Positions 24,274-37,800 of a stretch of DNA of 64,000 nt are shown here, in pieces. Source of the DNA: Psammoneis japonica (taxonomy: Eukaryota); the NCBI GenBank assembly GCA_008632985.1, contig QPGO01000015.1, forward strand, positions 63,998 to 127,997, read 5' to 3'. Both the position numbers and the translations under genes were made by a program. Under the pieces are notes generated by a model. It was not told the origin of the DNA. It saw only the letters and a program-made list of their open reading frames with translations, and did no database searches. The first letter of the stretch is position 1, and every line of letters starts with the position of its first letter.

Positions 24274-25218
24274 ATGACGATGTCGTCGATGGAATCCACT
24301 GCAGACAATGAAAGCTCTATCAAAAGGAAGCGGAAAGTGGGACGTTCAGGAAGAAGGCGGCTAGCCAAGGTTCGCGCCATTCAAAAGGCCGAACAGACGC
24401 TGTGGGAGAACAATGGCGAATCCCTTGGCGAGGAGGCTTCTCGCCCAGCGCTCCCGTTTGACCGGGAAAAAGTGTTACCAGGAGTGTTGGAAAGGCGCAA
24501 AGGCGTTCTTGGTGAGCAAGAAGAAACTGCTCTTGTTGGCCAACTTGGTTTCCTTCCCGGGAACGCTATCGAAATTGCGGCTAGAGCTCGAGTGCTTCCC
24601 TCGTTGCCAATTGACAAAGAAACGCCGATTGTGCTGAAACTTTATCCGTTAGCTGTTAGGGAGGCATACGCTGGAGGAAAATCTGACGGTCGAAAGTTTA
24701 AAGGGAGAAAGAGGGGAAGTGATCATGATAATTCAGGGCAGGCGACAACCGAGAAAGCTGGCACTGGAGAAGGTACCACGCTGTTGGAGCCATTTCCAAC
24801 TCTCTATTGGGTAACCCACCCGTTGCTTCGAACTCTTATTTCCAAACTTGAAGTTGGATCAACACATAATGTAGGTATCATGGAGGAACGATTACAAGGA
24901 GATAAAGAAGCATTGGAATCTATGAAACGGGCGCATCACGCTTATGGTACAGAAAGGTGGGAAGTTCTGACAGAGTCGGATCTGCGAGAGGTGGAGTCTC
25001 GAAAGTGGCAAACAGCACTCAACGCCGAACGTGGAGTAGCAGGTATCAGAAAACGTGATAAAATCAAGTGCTTGCATGCCCATGCTGCTCACTACTTGAG
25101 TGGCGGTAAAGGAAGTGCCGATAATGTGGTTGGCAAGTGGGTAGTTGAGGCGGTGATAGAGATTCTAAAGGAACGAGAGACGGCGACAAGGGGCGTTATC
25201 GCAGATTCTGACGTATGA
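24274..25218 (+). CDS. DUF501-family protein
   Basis: EPFPTLYWVTHP and IKCLHAHAAHYL motifs typical of DUF501. Confidence 0.8.
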   Translation: MTMSSMESTADNESSIKRKRKVGRSGRRRLAKVRAIQKAEQTLWENNGESLGEEASRPALPFDREKVLPGVLERRKGVLGEQEETALVGQLGFLPGNAIEIAARARVLPSLPIDKETPIVLKLYPLAVREAYAGGKSDGRKFKGRKRGSDHDNSGQATTEKAGTGEGTTLLEPFPTLYWVTHPLLRTLISKLEVGSTHNVGIMEERLQGDKEALESMKRAHHAYGTERWEVLTESDLREVESRKWQTALNAERGVAGIRKRDKIKCLHAHAAHYLSGGKGSADNVVGKWVVEAVIEILKERETATRGVIADSDV

Positions 25219-25265
25219 AGCAGCTAGAGTATCACACTTGTCATGAGAGCTGATGGATTACATTG

Positions 25266-26375
25266 TCAGTCGATGTCAAAGTAGGCTTTGAAACGCTCCA
25301 TGACGTCCTTGTCGGCCGTTGCCTGTGCATCCGGGTGTGACAACATATCTGTGCACTGCTCCGCTGTAGTCCCTACTCGGTAGCTTTGCTCTACAAGATG
25401 CCCAATAGAATCATCATCACCTTGGGATGCAGCCCATTTGTTCACTGCCCGCTGGATCGCATTTGCCGAACCCACATCCGGCAGAGTCAAATTACAGGCA
25501 ACTTCGTAACGACCTTTGCTGTACGGCAGTGTCAATGCCTCGACTCCCGCCAAGCCCCCATCACGCTCGCGTAATACTCTTGTCAAAGATTGTGCCATCT
25601 TCTTGGTACATCTTGATGTAAGTCGTACATTCCAGTTCTCTACAAAAGTCGGCGGTGAACCAACGGTTGCAACTCCCATGTGTCGACATTTTTCCTCGAC
25701 ACCAGCATCATCCAAACCTCCGGACTTGAAAAATGCAGTTTTTTCTCGTCTAACAGTTGCAAGAGGTGTACATTGCTCATCAGCAGTTCCGTAGTAGTAA
25801 ACGGTTACCCCCGCCTCACTCAACGCGCTCCCAATTAGTCGTGCAGCCCAACCAGCGTTCCTGTTGTCGGGACCGTCCGTTTGCAATCCTTCTGAAAGGT
25901 CCTTTCCTGTCTCAAGCGGCATGACAGCAACATGATCTACAAGACCGACGAAAGGATGTCGAGAGGTTTGATCGGAAGTTTCGGTCTTGTTATCTTTGAA
26001 TGACGATAGAGCCTCTACGGCCTCAACAGCTACGTTGCTTGCTACAGTCGCAACGTGGGTGGCAGCCCCCGCCAAGTGAAAGGAAGACCGATCATACGGA
26101 CCGTCAGCAAAAGCATGAATGACAGCAACGGATCCACCATTTTGTTGGTTTCTGAGAATTTCGCATTTACTCTTCGAGGATATTACCGTACGGTCGGCGA
26201 AAAGCGAGTGAGAAAAAGAGTCGTTTTCTGAGGTTGCACGGGCGAACAATACTTGCTGATGAAAAGAAAAAGTTACCTGTGCTCGTTGAAGTAGCTTTAT
26301 CAGAATCTCCTTCTGTTTAGATCGTCCAGCTGATACATAGACATTGCAGGCCACCAACGGAATTCTTGTAGCCAT
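25266..26375 (-). CDS. Glutamate formiminotransferase (FTCD N-terminal domain)
   Basis: LVACNVYVSAGR, D.PYDRSS, HPFVGLVDHV and GVEAL motifs; probable in-frame intron at about 26276-26175. Confidence 0.8.
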   Translation of the reverse strand: MATRIPLVACNVYVSAGRSKQKEILIKLLQRAQVTFSFHQQVLFARATSENDSFSHSLFADRTVISSKSKCEILRNQQNGGSVAVIHAFADGPYDRSSFHLAGAATHVATVASNVAVEAVEALSSFKDNKTETSDQTSRHPFVGLVDHVAVMPLETGKDLSEGLQTDGPDNRNAGWAARLIGSALSEAGVTVYYYGTADEQCTPLATVRREKTAFFKSGGLDDAGVEEKCRHMGVATVGSPPTFVENWNVRLTSRCTKKMAQSLTRVLRERDGGLAGVEALTLPYSKGRYEVACNLTLPDVGSANAIQRAVNKWAASQGDDDSIGHLVEQSYRVGTTAEQCTDMLSHPDAQATADKDVMERFKAYFDID

Positions 26376-26604
26376 CGTCGTGTTCCGCTTTCCAAATGTA
26401 TTGGGTATGGTAAGCGCACCATGACCAAGAGCCGAAGCATGGCGAGGTCGGAGGGAGGTCGAAAAATTTCAAAAATGTTGTGACGTCATGCCATGCCAAA
26501 AACACCGCGATGAAGCATCAAACACGATGACAGAGCGAGACGAGCGGACAAGAATAGCCAAAGCTTGCAGGCAGCCAAAGGGCCATGTGCTGGCTGCTGC
26601 ATCC

Positions 26605-27537
26605 ATGGGAAAGCGAAAAATTGTTTTCGTGACCTTGCTCTTGTTTTTGACTAAGAGATTTGCAATGACAAATGGTTTTTCGGGTGCTGGCGGCCAAAAC
26701 GTGATTTCCAATCAACCAGGGGCTCCCCGCGTCCACTCGCGTAACAAAAGATGGGTAGGAAAGGACGGGTCTAACGAAGGTTCTCACCCGGAAGACTTAA
26801 AAGCAGATGAATCGTCGTCCAGAGGATTTGTGGCTTCAGTGGGACCGCCATTCTTGGCTCTGGTGACGGAGCCAGACGCATGCGACAATTGCGACCGAAT
26901 TGAAGAAACATTACAGGCAGTTCAAACGACAGTATCGACCAACAGAGTAGCTCTGGTCTCCGTCAGAGTCACTAGACCTCAAAACATTCAGGAAAAGGAG
27001 TTTCAAGAAAGTGTGACGGCATTGACTAAACGCCTCGTGAAGTTGGCTCAAGATAATTCCTTTTTCGTTGTGGTTTCGAGTGATTGGACGGAAGCTGCCG
27101 TAAACGCTCATGCGCATGGGATTCATGTAAAGGAACACCACAGATCGCTTATTCCTGCTATTCGCCAGCAGTTCAACCGAAAACTCATTATTGGAACCTC
27201 AGCTCACAGTGTTTCTTCAGCTATTGAAGCATACTCGGCGTACCACGTTGACTACCTGTTTGTTGGTACGTGTTATGAAACGGCTTCTCATCCTGGAAAG
27301 GTAGATCTAGAAGGACCGCGTCTTCCTGGTGAAGTTTGTCGTGCCCTTGATGATAAGGCTGGCTCGATGCGAAGGCCTGTTGTCATGGGGATAGGGGGAA
27401 TCGATGAACACAATTGTCATGAACCTGTCGTTTTGCATGGCGCTGACGGTGTTGCAACCATTCGTTCTGTCTTGCAAGCTAGAGATCCCGCCAAGACTGT
27501 TCGACTGATCCAACGCAATATGCGACAGCAGGCATGA
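26605..27537 (+). CDS. Thiamine-phosphate synthase (ThiE/TenI family)
   Basis: AHGIHV, IIGTSAHS, DYLFVGTCYETASHPGK, VMGIGGID and GADGVATI motifs; start codon uncertain. Confidence 0.85.
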   Translation: MGKRKIVFVTLLLFLTKRFAMTNGFSGAGGQNVISNQPGAPRVHSRNKRWVGKDGSNEGSHPEDLKADESSSRGFVASVGPPFLALVTEPDACDNCDRIEETLQAVQTTVSTNRVALVSVRVTRPQNIQEKEFQESVTALTKRLVKLAQDNSFFVVVSSDWTEAAVNAHAHGIHVKEHHRSLIPAIRQQFNRKLIIGTSAHSVSSAIEAYSAYHVDYLFVGTCYETASHPGKVDLEGPRLPGEVCRALDDKAGSMRRPVVMGIGGIDEHNCHEPVVLHGADGVATIRSVLQARDPAKTVRLIQRNMRQQA

Positions 27538-27808
27538 ATGTACTGTGTCCTCTTTTTGCGGCGTATCCACATCAGGCAGTAATTGGCCACCCCTACGGAC
27601 CGGATAGATCAGTGTTTTTTTTTTTTAGCCAAGTCGATGGCGATGCTTCTACAACAACGATGTTCAAAAGATCCCAAGAGTCCTGTTCCCTCATATTCCC
27701 TTGCATGCTTACACAGCTTTAAAATTTACTGGGTCTACGGTACTCAAATGGTAACAAAAAAGTCGATGAGAAAACAAAATTGACATCTTTGCTCCATTCA
27801 CGTTAAAA

Positions 27809-28821
27809 TCACGAGTTGCCGGCACGGTCGTTCTCATTCGCTTCTAAATCTGCTGAAGCATCTTGTATATTTACATCTGCAGCCGCTTCTCTGTTCTCTT
27901 CCTCCTCGTTGCCATCGTTATGCGTCACTTGTAAGCTGCTAGCGATTTCTTCAAATTGTATTGAAACAGCGGGGGTCTCACAAAACTCTTGTCTGCAGCA
28001 AGGACATAATGACTCCTCTTTCTTTGCCAGCCATGGTACAATACAATCCTTGTGGAAAGCGTGCTTGCAGTGCTCCTTGGGAGCCCAAGTCACTACATCA
28101 CCCACCTCGTATTGACCAAGACAAATCGCACAGGCCGGTGGCACAATTCGAGCTCCATTGGGCACGGGACTTCCATCTTGCTTAGACGGTAACCTTAGAC
28201 TTGAATATTTATGGTCCCCATCATCAAACACATCAACATCTGCATCATCATCCCCCATTTCTTCGTCTGCTGCGTCATCATGATCTTCAGTATCATCATT
28301 CTCAGACGATGTAGCCGAAACCCCGGGCCTTTCAACAAGATCATCCTCCGAAACAGTCTAACGGGAAGCACCAGGTAAAAGAATAAGTATATCTGCAATG
28401 GCGCACAGAACCTTCAACATAAGCCTTTTCAAGCACTTACCATTGTAGTGACACCGATTAGCTCATGTATTTTAGCAGTCCTCTTCTCCCTGATGCGCTC
28501 ATCGTGACTTTCCAAAATTCGACGAGCATCAATTTCACCAGCCACAAGCGTGATTGGCCTTCCGTCTGCAGTAGAGCCCCTGATATAAACAAGCGACATT
28601 CTCCGTTGGCGCATCCGACGTCTCCGATAGGCACATGCCGCTGGCACCACACAACACAAGACAAGAAACAGGTACCAACAAACAAAGGCCACAAACTCAT
28701 AAACATCTCGTCCGTCGTCACTACTGTTGTCCGTTGGAGCGTTGTTCCCGCTGAAAATTGTGGTGTTTGTTACTGGCTCACTTAGCAAACGAACATTGTG
28801 GAAAAGCCTTGAATTCTGCAT
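27809..28821 (-). CDS. Transmembrane RING-H2 E3 ligase (ATL-like)
   Basis: TM segment [21 protein letters not shown] followed by RRRR; RING-H2 CAICL...[14 protein letters not shown]...CPCCR; intron at about 28440-28358. Confidence 0.85.
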
Positions 28822-29385
28822 GTTCAAACCGTCTCAAGAATCGACAAAGCGTTGCGGTTTCTTGCAGCGCCAGCAAACCGAACAATTTTCACTCTTGCCA
28901 AACTGAGTAGCGGATGATGATTTTACCGCTCGAGACTCACTACGAATCGTCAGCAATGTAACAATGGTCTTCCTGTTGCTCGAGATGTGACTTCGACCTC
29001 CTTACAGTAACGCTCGGCGTTGTCGCACTCCCATTTCCACTCCAATCTTTTATGTTCATTCGTTCTGGTTTGTCGGGTGCGTGCGTCGCCGCGGTGTCTT
29101 GTCGCTTGTCGTATCGTGTTCTTCAGTTTCGCCGCACATTATGTGTGTATTCATGCTTTAGAATATTTAGTATTCTTCCTCCTTCCGTTGAACCTCTATC
29201 AGAAAATCGAAAACTCCATCCAAAGTCTGGCCGATGTCCGTGGAAATGCCAAAAATCCGAAATATCGCTGCACTCGAGCACACTGCACATCATCGCATCT
29301 GCTTCTGCATTCGGTGAAGTCTAAGTACCGTAGATAAGCGACCCCCGCCTTTCGCTGTAATTGCATTGTCCTCAGCTCGGTGACA

Positions 29386-30632
29386 ATGAGTACAGAGTCG
29401 TCTTGTAATGAAGAGAGGTCGTTTCTAAAAGCGCGCGAATCGCGTCAGTCAACTTCAAAGCAGAGTGAGCACCGAATAGTACGAAAGACACATGAGTTGC
29501 ACGAATTTTGGAACGGATTGCATGGCAAACTCGCTTATTGGAAGGAACGGTTGGATCTCGTCGTTGCTGATCATCGCTCTCCAACATCGGCAACGCAGTG
29601 CCAGGAAAGTCAGAAAGCTGTCGAAGAGCTTTCGGAAGAAATAGTTAGTCTCCGTAGATCATGCCTGTCCGAGTTGGATGTGATGGATTTTCCTCCTGCT
29701 GATGTGCGCCTTTTGCACGAGTTGTTACTGAAACATTCGGCATTTTTGGACGAAGCCAAAGAAGAGATGTCGCCAAAGTCAAAATTCAGATTCAAACGAT
29801 ACAGGCAAAGAATGCAAACCCGCAAATATGGAAAGGAGAACTCGGAGTTGCCGCCGAAAGAAATTGAACCAATGACGGACGAATCATCTTTGCACAAGGA
29901 TCAGGAAGACTTTGGTGGAACCGTTGTCGAAAATACCTCTGATTCCACAATAATTGTGGAAGCTAGTGGATCCGTAAGAATACTGAGTGCGGATATACCG
30001 GGCTGCACTGAACAGAATGCTGGCGAAAATTCTACCACCTCGCTCCGTCCTTCCTCTACTTCCATTCTGTTGCAGAATTTGGTAGATTGCAACGTTTTCT
30101 TGTAAGTTTGTTGACACGCACAGTGTCTCGACAGATCAAATTTCTTTCCTCACGGACGGGTTCTTTTTCATCTGTTCAGGCGCGGATCGTATCAAGCTGT
30201 TCAAATACGAAGTGTCAATGGTGGTCGCGTGGAAGTATCCAGTGTAATGGTGGTGCTTGTCACGTGAGTTCTTCCAGTGGCCTTTACTTGAAAGCAGCGG
30301 CTCATCAACTGCGCCTCCACGATTCACACAATCTATCCTGCTTTGTGCACGTTGCATCCTCGCCTATTCTTGAGGACTGTACTCATGTTTCGTTTCACTA
30401 TGATCCGTGTGATGAGACGAACGCTGTTTCCGGAGCAAAGGACTTCAATTGGTTACGAAATGGTATTCCTAGCCCAAACTTTTCCTTAGTCCCAATCCGT
30501 GGAGGTAGGCTTGATCAGAGTAACTCAACAAGAAAGACCGAAACTGATTCCTCTTCTGACATTGGCGGTTACAATGTTTTGTGCAGAAAGCAGACGGACA
30601 GCCACGGTGAAAGCGATGACGACGAGTTGTAG
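29386..30632 (+). CDS. TBCC: Tubulin-binding cofactor C
   Basis: PKSKFRF motif and C-CAP segment AHQLRLHDS...SPILEDC...AKDFNWLR...SPNF; intron at about 30102-30179. Confidence 0.8.
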
Positions 30633-30805
30633 GTTTTAACACTGACTCTAATTACAGACTCATTCCAGTGCATGCGTTATGGATGACAGTCTACATAGAG
30701 GGTAACCGGAAGTGTTTTGATACCTGGATTGGATATAGTGACACAACAGTTTCAGCCACCGATCTCTCTCCTTACGGAAATTCTCGACTTTTCGGAGTTC
30801 TTTTA

Positions 30806-33729
30806 TTATTTGCTTACACGTTTATTTGAGTGAAGAAACCAGTGCTCGTTCAAAAGTCCATTCTTGCCCACAATTGGTGGCCGTAGTTCAGCGTCTCGTT
30901 GCAAGCATAATTTCATGGCATCAAACGCAGCTTCATCGACGTTATCAGGAAAGTAGATTTGGTGGTCAGGGTTGACTATAGCCTGGAGTTTTTGGATCAT
31001 ATGCATATCCGCAAACGGAGTCCTTCCAACAACCATTTGGTAGAGAATGCAGCCCAAGGACCATATGTCCGATGCCTATGTAGTGGGGACAGGGCGAAGT
31101 AAATATTTCCTTAGCTCGAAGCACCCAGAACCTCAACAAAATGTAATTGTAAACTTACCCTTCCGACTTTCATTTGGGCGCCATCCTGTCCTGCTCCAGT
31201 ATCCAGAATAGCTTCCGGCGACATGTAATTCAGCGTACCAATCTGGCTGTCTCGATAAATGTTTGTTGTGTCATCACTTTGAATAGCCTTGGCGATACCA
31301 AAATCGATGAGTTTCAACGCCCCGCGAACGAATAGAAAGTTTGCGGGCTTGAGATCCCCATGAATGATGCGCTCCTCGTGAATGGAATGGACAGCACTCA
31401 ACATTTGTTGCCAAGTCAACCGAATGAAATTCATACTTAGCGACAGGCGCTTCTCAGAGCCAGCTTTTCCAGCGGTTACCGTATGGTTTAGTAATACCTG
31501 GCTGAGATCAGCCTCCCCCACCTCCATGACAACGAAAATTGCCTTTCGCGACAGGTCCACCTCACTGTCGTACATCTGAATGATATATGGATTTCCCTGA
31601 AGTCGCTTCAACAGTGAAATCTCGTTTGCGTACCCATTAATCGCCTTCTTATCCATACCCCCAAGCTTGACCTTTTTAACGGCCAGTACAGTCAATTCTT
31701 TCGAGAGCACACGGTAAACTTTGCAAGAACCACCCTTGCCGATAACCGCTAGTTTTGCGTAGGGAATGTTGTTGACTCGAAGCATGTTGTTCTCGCTGAC
31801 AAGGGGAAGGAAATCTGGGTTCAATTTTGCAACATGAGAAGCTTCCGACTGCGGAGTTGAAAATGCGACATGATTTATTTCTCCATCTTGTGTCGTCGGT
31901 TTTTGCTTCGTTGTATGTTCCGTGAGCTGGGGGAGTTCTCGTGATCTAGATTGGGATGATGGTGCGGACAGAGACGAGGTAGAGGTAGAAACCGCGCTTT
32001 TTTCGGAGGCCGATGCTTCGTCAATTTTGGGAAGAGTGAGTATTTTCGCTTGGGGGTGCGGTGTCTCCATAGTTTGAGGAGAGACTGAGTGGCTCGTGTC
32101 TTTCTGAGACGGCCGAGTTTGTTGAGGATCCCAGTTTAGCATGTAGCTAAGGTCCATTTTAGTAAGTTTGGGCACGGGTTTGGATCTCGACAGACCAAGC
32201 GATTCGTTTGTCAAACTGTCAATCACCCCTCCCTCCTTGCACGACACCTCCTCGTGATCGTCGTTTTCGTCTTGACTGTCTTCACTGTCGTCGAGATGAT
32301 TATTTTTCGGACTCACTCGTTGTGCTCCGCCTAATCCCAGCCTCGTAAGGCGGGCCTTGGAGGCGGAGAAGAGAGGATGCCTGCTTCGCATAGCCGCGCT
32401 GGTCAAGGTCTGTGGCGTTACACTGGACTTGCGGCCAACTGTTGCTACTCCGACTTTGTCAATGGCCCTAGGTCGTTTTCGATGTGTTGATGAGGGTGTG
32501 GTATGTGTTTCATGAAGGCCTTTCTTGTCCTCGACAGACGAGAGATGTACTTCCTTATTCGAAGCGCCGTCCCTTGAAGGTGCATCGTGATCTGAAGACG
32601 GGGAGCTTTTGCTAGACGATGATTTGATCCTCTGGATAGCTTCTATTCCCACCTGCCCGCGATCCGGATAGATTGCTTCCGCGTCAAATAAAGGTGATGC
32701 CACCACGTTGGGAGAGGGATGTCGCCCCGAATCGCTTTCCTCGACACGCGACCTTTTTGGCGAGAGATATGTAGACTCTGCCTTCCGTTTCGTTGGACGG
32801 GAAGCGCCTCTTTGAAATGGTAGTGGTGGAAGAAGGGAATTGAACGTTGAACTTCTAGCCTTCTCGGTTGCGTTCTTCTTCATAAGACGCGACTCTGTAG
32901 AGACAGGGTGATCTTCTAATGCCAGTAAGGCCCGTTTCAAATCTTCAACTGGCTCAGCGTTCTGAAGTATGCCCCTCTTCAACGTTTCTTTCGCCTTCTC
33001 CGAGTCATCTAGAACTTCAAACTCGGCAAGAGCAGCGTAAAAAGCAGCACTTCCGGTATGAAGACCCTTCTTTTTCGATATTACAGTATGTGAGACGTGC
33101 CTCGTCGCGGGAGCCGTACTTTATCTGCGCACAAGCGTACGACAACCACATTGATAGCACCTCTCTCCTATGGTCATCTTTTAAGACTGAACAGGATGAA
33201 AACCTAGACGTTGCACGACGGTGAAGTCGCATCAGATCCTCACCTGCAGGAGAAAAATGAGAACGGTACTTGTGATGAAAATTACGGAAAAGCGTCGCTG
33301 GTACATGAAGTATTGTCCAACGCAGTATGGCTTACCTCTCGAAGAAGTACCTTCATCTCGAGAAACATCCTCAGACGCAAGTTCGAGAGCACGAACCCAT
33401 GATGCTGTGTCGTTCGCGAGTGAGCCGTAGGCAATGTCGTTGCTCAAAGCTCGGTGTTCAGGATGACTGTCGTCTGTGAGGCAAAAGAGAGAGTCTAAAG
33501 TCTCACCGTACCGAATAACGTTTCGGGAAATACCACGTGCAAGGAGCGCACGGGAACTTTTGGGTTCATTCGACTTTTCGGCAACATCACGTGCGTTTTG
33601 GTTGCGACGAACGTTCTCCTTGTCGTTAAGAGGGGAAGCATACGCCCGAGGGAACGCAGGAAAGCTAGACGACTCGCTATTCCTTTCAGTTGCACTCATG
33701 GATTGTAGCGCTCTCCTTAAAATGAGCAA
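30806..33729 (-). CDS. MPS1: Mps1/TTK-family spindle-checkpoint kinase
   Basis: IGKGGSCKVY, HGDLKPANFLFV.G.LKLIDFGIAKAIQSDDTTNIYRDSQIGTLNYMSPEA; N-terminal TPR-like helical region; several introns; start approximate. Confidence 0.9.
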
Positions 33730-34819
33730 CGCCCCTCTCTTGTCTCCTCGACACTCCAGATGCTTTCTGCTACTACTGGAGTTAGAGGTAAGTAGGCCCT
33801 ACCTTTATGAGCACGGTGCTGCCTACCTGCACTGTCAAGCGCATCTCTTTTTTTTTTTCGTTTGGCTTGCAGCTTGCAGGCCGGAATTTAAAAAATGATC
33901 CTTCGTTCATAAAGTACCAAAACCTACGTATGTGAGATTCACGTGACTCATGGTATTACGGCGTCAATTATTGGGATTAGATGGTTGTACTGTACTCTGA
34001 GTCCATTACATAAGGTACTGTAACCTACACACGATAGATTGGCACGATTCGGCCTATTGTACAGTTTCGCTCCCGTTGAAAGCTACGGCAATTTGTACTA
34101 CACCTGTAGCTCGTGCGAAAGATAGATAGGCCGACGACGGGACGGAAAACAAAAACAACAGAACAATCATCTCGACACAAGATAACCGGAAAGAAAGTGG
34201 CGTCAAAGGCTCCGCAGCGGAATTCCCGACCTTTCCTCTAATCCTGTGATGGAAGGCCAAGATAATTCTGACGCGTCCGGGAGGCAAGGGCGATGGACTT
34301 GCGAAGCATGTGGATGTCACACCAATACCGCCGACAGCGTAAGCTGCGGAATTTGCGGGACGCGTCGTGGTGAGTTGAATTCCTCTTTGTAGAAATTTTA
34401 GGGAATTTCATAGGGTGTTTTTTCCAGAAAGGGAATCCTGGTTTTTTGTCGTTCACTTACACATACTCCCAATCGTTGACAACGCCGACTATTCTTTAAC
34501 TGCAACTGCTTATGCTATTTGCAATCTTTGAACTCTACCTGCCATAAATGCTTCCAACCTTTTATGAATATACATTGTTCATTTCTCTCGGCATCATCTT
34601 GCTTTCCTCTGTATGGTCATTTTGCTGTGTACTCGTGAAAATTGCGACACACATGAATTACAATCGAAGAGTCGCGTTTCAGTCCTGTACAAGACTAAAT
34701 ATTTACGCAGATCGATCACTCGCTGTGGTGTTTGCTGTCACATTTTTTCAACTCAACTGATTGATCACGCATTTTCCTTATCGCGCCTGTTTCCTCACCG
34801 TCGTCTGCTTTTTCTGCAG

Positions 34820-37800
34820 TTTCTTCTTTGTTAAGACGAGCTGGGCACGCCACGGCGTCTCGCTTATTCTCGAGAAGCTTTGCTGCGCGAAGGGCCGCCG
34901 GTCTCGACATGGATGATGTGGATTTGGACGAGATGGGGTTCAGTCTGGGTGGCGGAGATTTAGACGAAATGATGGCAGACAATGATGATCATGCCGCTGC
35001 AGCACTTGCTTTGGAAGCGTCGGGAGTAGCAGGCGCCGCGAGACTGGCGAGTGCGCAAGGGTCTTTGAACAGAAGGCTCCGTTCGATGGGTGCTGCGTCT
35101 AGTAGTGAAGACAGAGCCACACGCCCATCTCCGGATGATATCCTGTTTCTTGCCAATGAAAACGCACCACTATATCAACCTACATGGGAGGATCCATTGG
35201 CCCTCATTGGAAGGAATCGGGGGGTTAACGAAATTACCGTGAGTGGTAAAGGAAACCGCAATGTAGCTCATCTCGCTGTTGGGGCGGGAGAAGGTAGAGC
35301 CATTCGAGCGGCGGAGCCATTTCCTCGAGCGCCGTTACCTTCAAGTGGCTCACGCCAATCCCCTTCCGCAAGGAAAAACCGAAGGATATTCGGATTCAAG
35401 GTTGCTTTTGATCACCCTCGACGGGAACGCGGCGCAAACTTGGGAGGCTCGTACTTATTGGGCGTTTCCACATCTTCTTTTCACGCGTTTGGGGAGCGCA
35501 ACGGATTGCATCAATCTCGCTATTTTTGGGGAATCGAAGACGGCGGGAGCAAGTTCGAGGGCACAAGAAACGGTAATTCTTCAAGAAGCTCCGGTCGAGG
35601 CGGCTCTTCAAGCTACGGAATTGCAATTCCACGAAGCGACGCTCCTCGAAATGCAGACAATGTGCTCTTTGGTTCAAGAGAAGTCGTTTCTGTAGTGGTG
35701 GACATGGAATCCCGAACCCTGACTTATTGGAGGGATGGTAGACTTCTTGGGACGCTGGTATCCAACCTCCCTCGCACAGGCAATCTTTATCCGATCGCTG
35801 TGCCCTTCAATGCAGGAGTCAGCATTGTTATCACGGGAATGGACCATAACCCTTTGCCATTGTATGTTTTTGTTGATTGATAATGTTGAAATGCTTTGCT
35901 GAATCGCTCAAACTGTGTATGTGCGTGTTGTGTATCTTTACAGGTTGCAAAGTTATGTTTCTGAGTTGGAAAGATCTATCAGTGAGCAGCAAGAAACTCA
36001 ACGGCAGAAACTTGTCCAGCAGAGGGCTGTTTTGATTCGTAATGGGCGACTGACCCCTGAGCTAGCCGGTGTGTTGAAAATGATTTTCTCACTATATGCG
36101 CAAGGCGGCGAATCCCAGGTCGACGCCGTTTCAGCCTGTAGATTGTGGTATCGATGTGGGATGAAACTAAGTAGCCTCGAATCAATATTCGAGAACAGGA
36201 GGCCCAATGCAGAAGTGAAGGAAAGCATGCCCTTGATGCTTAGCATGGGCGATTTTATAGAGGTTATGGAGAAGATCGCGAGAGAAGATGAAGATTTTGT
36301 GTCGGGATTCCTAACCCTGGCTGGTGGTTTGCATGATCCTGTCGAATGCAAGGTGCGCTTGCTGTTTTGCTTCGGTCTGAAATTGAGACAGGACTGAGGA
36401 CTTTTCTTTTCCTTTTACATTATAACTCATGTTTATTCTTGATTTGTTCAGGTTGGAGATGTCGTTGAGTTGGTCGAGGGGTACGAGAGATTTGGTGACG
36501 CATCCGATGGGCCTCTTCAACGTGGTGATAGGGGAGTTATCCTCGAAGTTAAGGAAGGACCAAAGGGCGAAAGGTGAATTCCGTATTTTGTGGGTTCGCG
36601 TTTATGAATATTTGTTGTTTGCTAAGAAACCGACTTCTGACTCGACACAAGCAGGAATTCCGTTCGCGTCCTCTGTAACGGGTGTCGATGGTATTATCAA
36701 CCTCAAGCACTCCTCACTGAGCGTTCAGGATTGATTGAAAGCCCTGCAGTTTGGTTGTTTCGCACTGTTTTGCGTTCCCATGCGTATGATCATAAGTCTC
36801 TCCAACCGCTCTCGGGGAAGGAAGTTACACCATTATCTTGGGAAGTCGGAGATTTTGTGTCTCCGAAACTGAGCGTCGAGGGGCCTCATCATTCAGTAGG
36901 TTTACCTTATTTTGGACGAATCGTATCTGAGTCCTGCAAAACGCCACGCGGACAGGAGTCCGAAATGGTGTCAGTCGAATTTGTTGGCCATGCGGATGGG
37001 TTTTTGACCGCAGGTGAAGACGTGGAAGAATCAAAGCCGGAGCTTCGTTGTCAACATGTGAAGGTGAGCGAGCTCATCCACACTTCATGTTTCCCTAGAT
37101 TTGTAGCTACGGATGAAGTTTGCCCATCAAACAACAGAACAGGTGAGGAAACAGAGACGGAAGGAAGAACGTCCCCATCGCAAAACAGTGACAAAGGTGT
37201 AAGAAAAAACGAGACACCAGAAGGTGTCACCGTCAGCGAAAGCCTTCGTGCTGACATTGCTGGCGTATCTCTGATCCGAACGTCCGCTATCGATGCTGTT
37301 ACGAAAGAATGTGAAAAAGGTCCCGCATCTCTGGCCAGTTTGTTCGGTGCCGGTTTACCTGACGCGCTGATTTCGTCCCTTGCACGAATGGAGTCGGCAT
37401 TGGCCGAGGCTGAGGATGTCTCTGTTGCCATATCTCAGATAGGAAAACTCGCGATTATCATATCGAAGAGTCTTTTTCCTAACTGCAACGATGAGGTTTT
37501 GGGATTTCCACATAGCTCTTTGTTAGCAACGGAAGAAATTTCACGCGACAGCTCGACGAGGGATCGTCGCCGTCGTAATCTTATCCCACAGCAGGCGGCC
37601 TTGGAAGATGCAGTTCCAAGTCATGTTCAGAGTAGGAGCATGAGAGAGTTGCTTCGCGGCTTGAGCGATACTGGCGATGCCCCAGCTCTGCAACATCGAA
37701 GGATGATGCTTCATGCTTTAATGGCTGGCTCACGGATGAGCGATGGCGGCTTCTCTGATAGAAGACAAAATTGGAATTTTGACCTTGGTTTTGACGACGG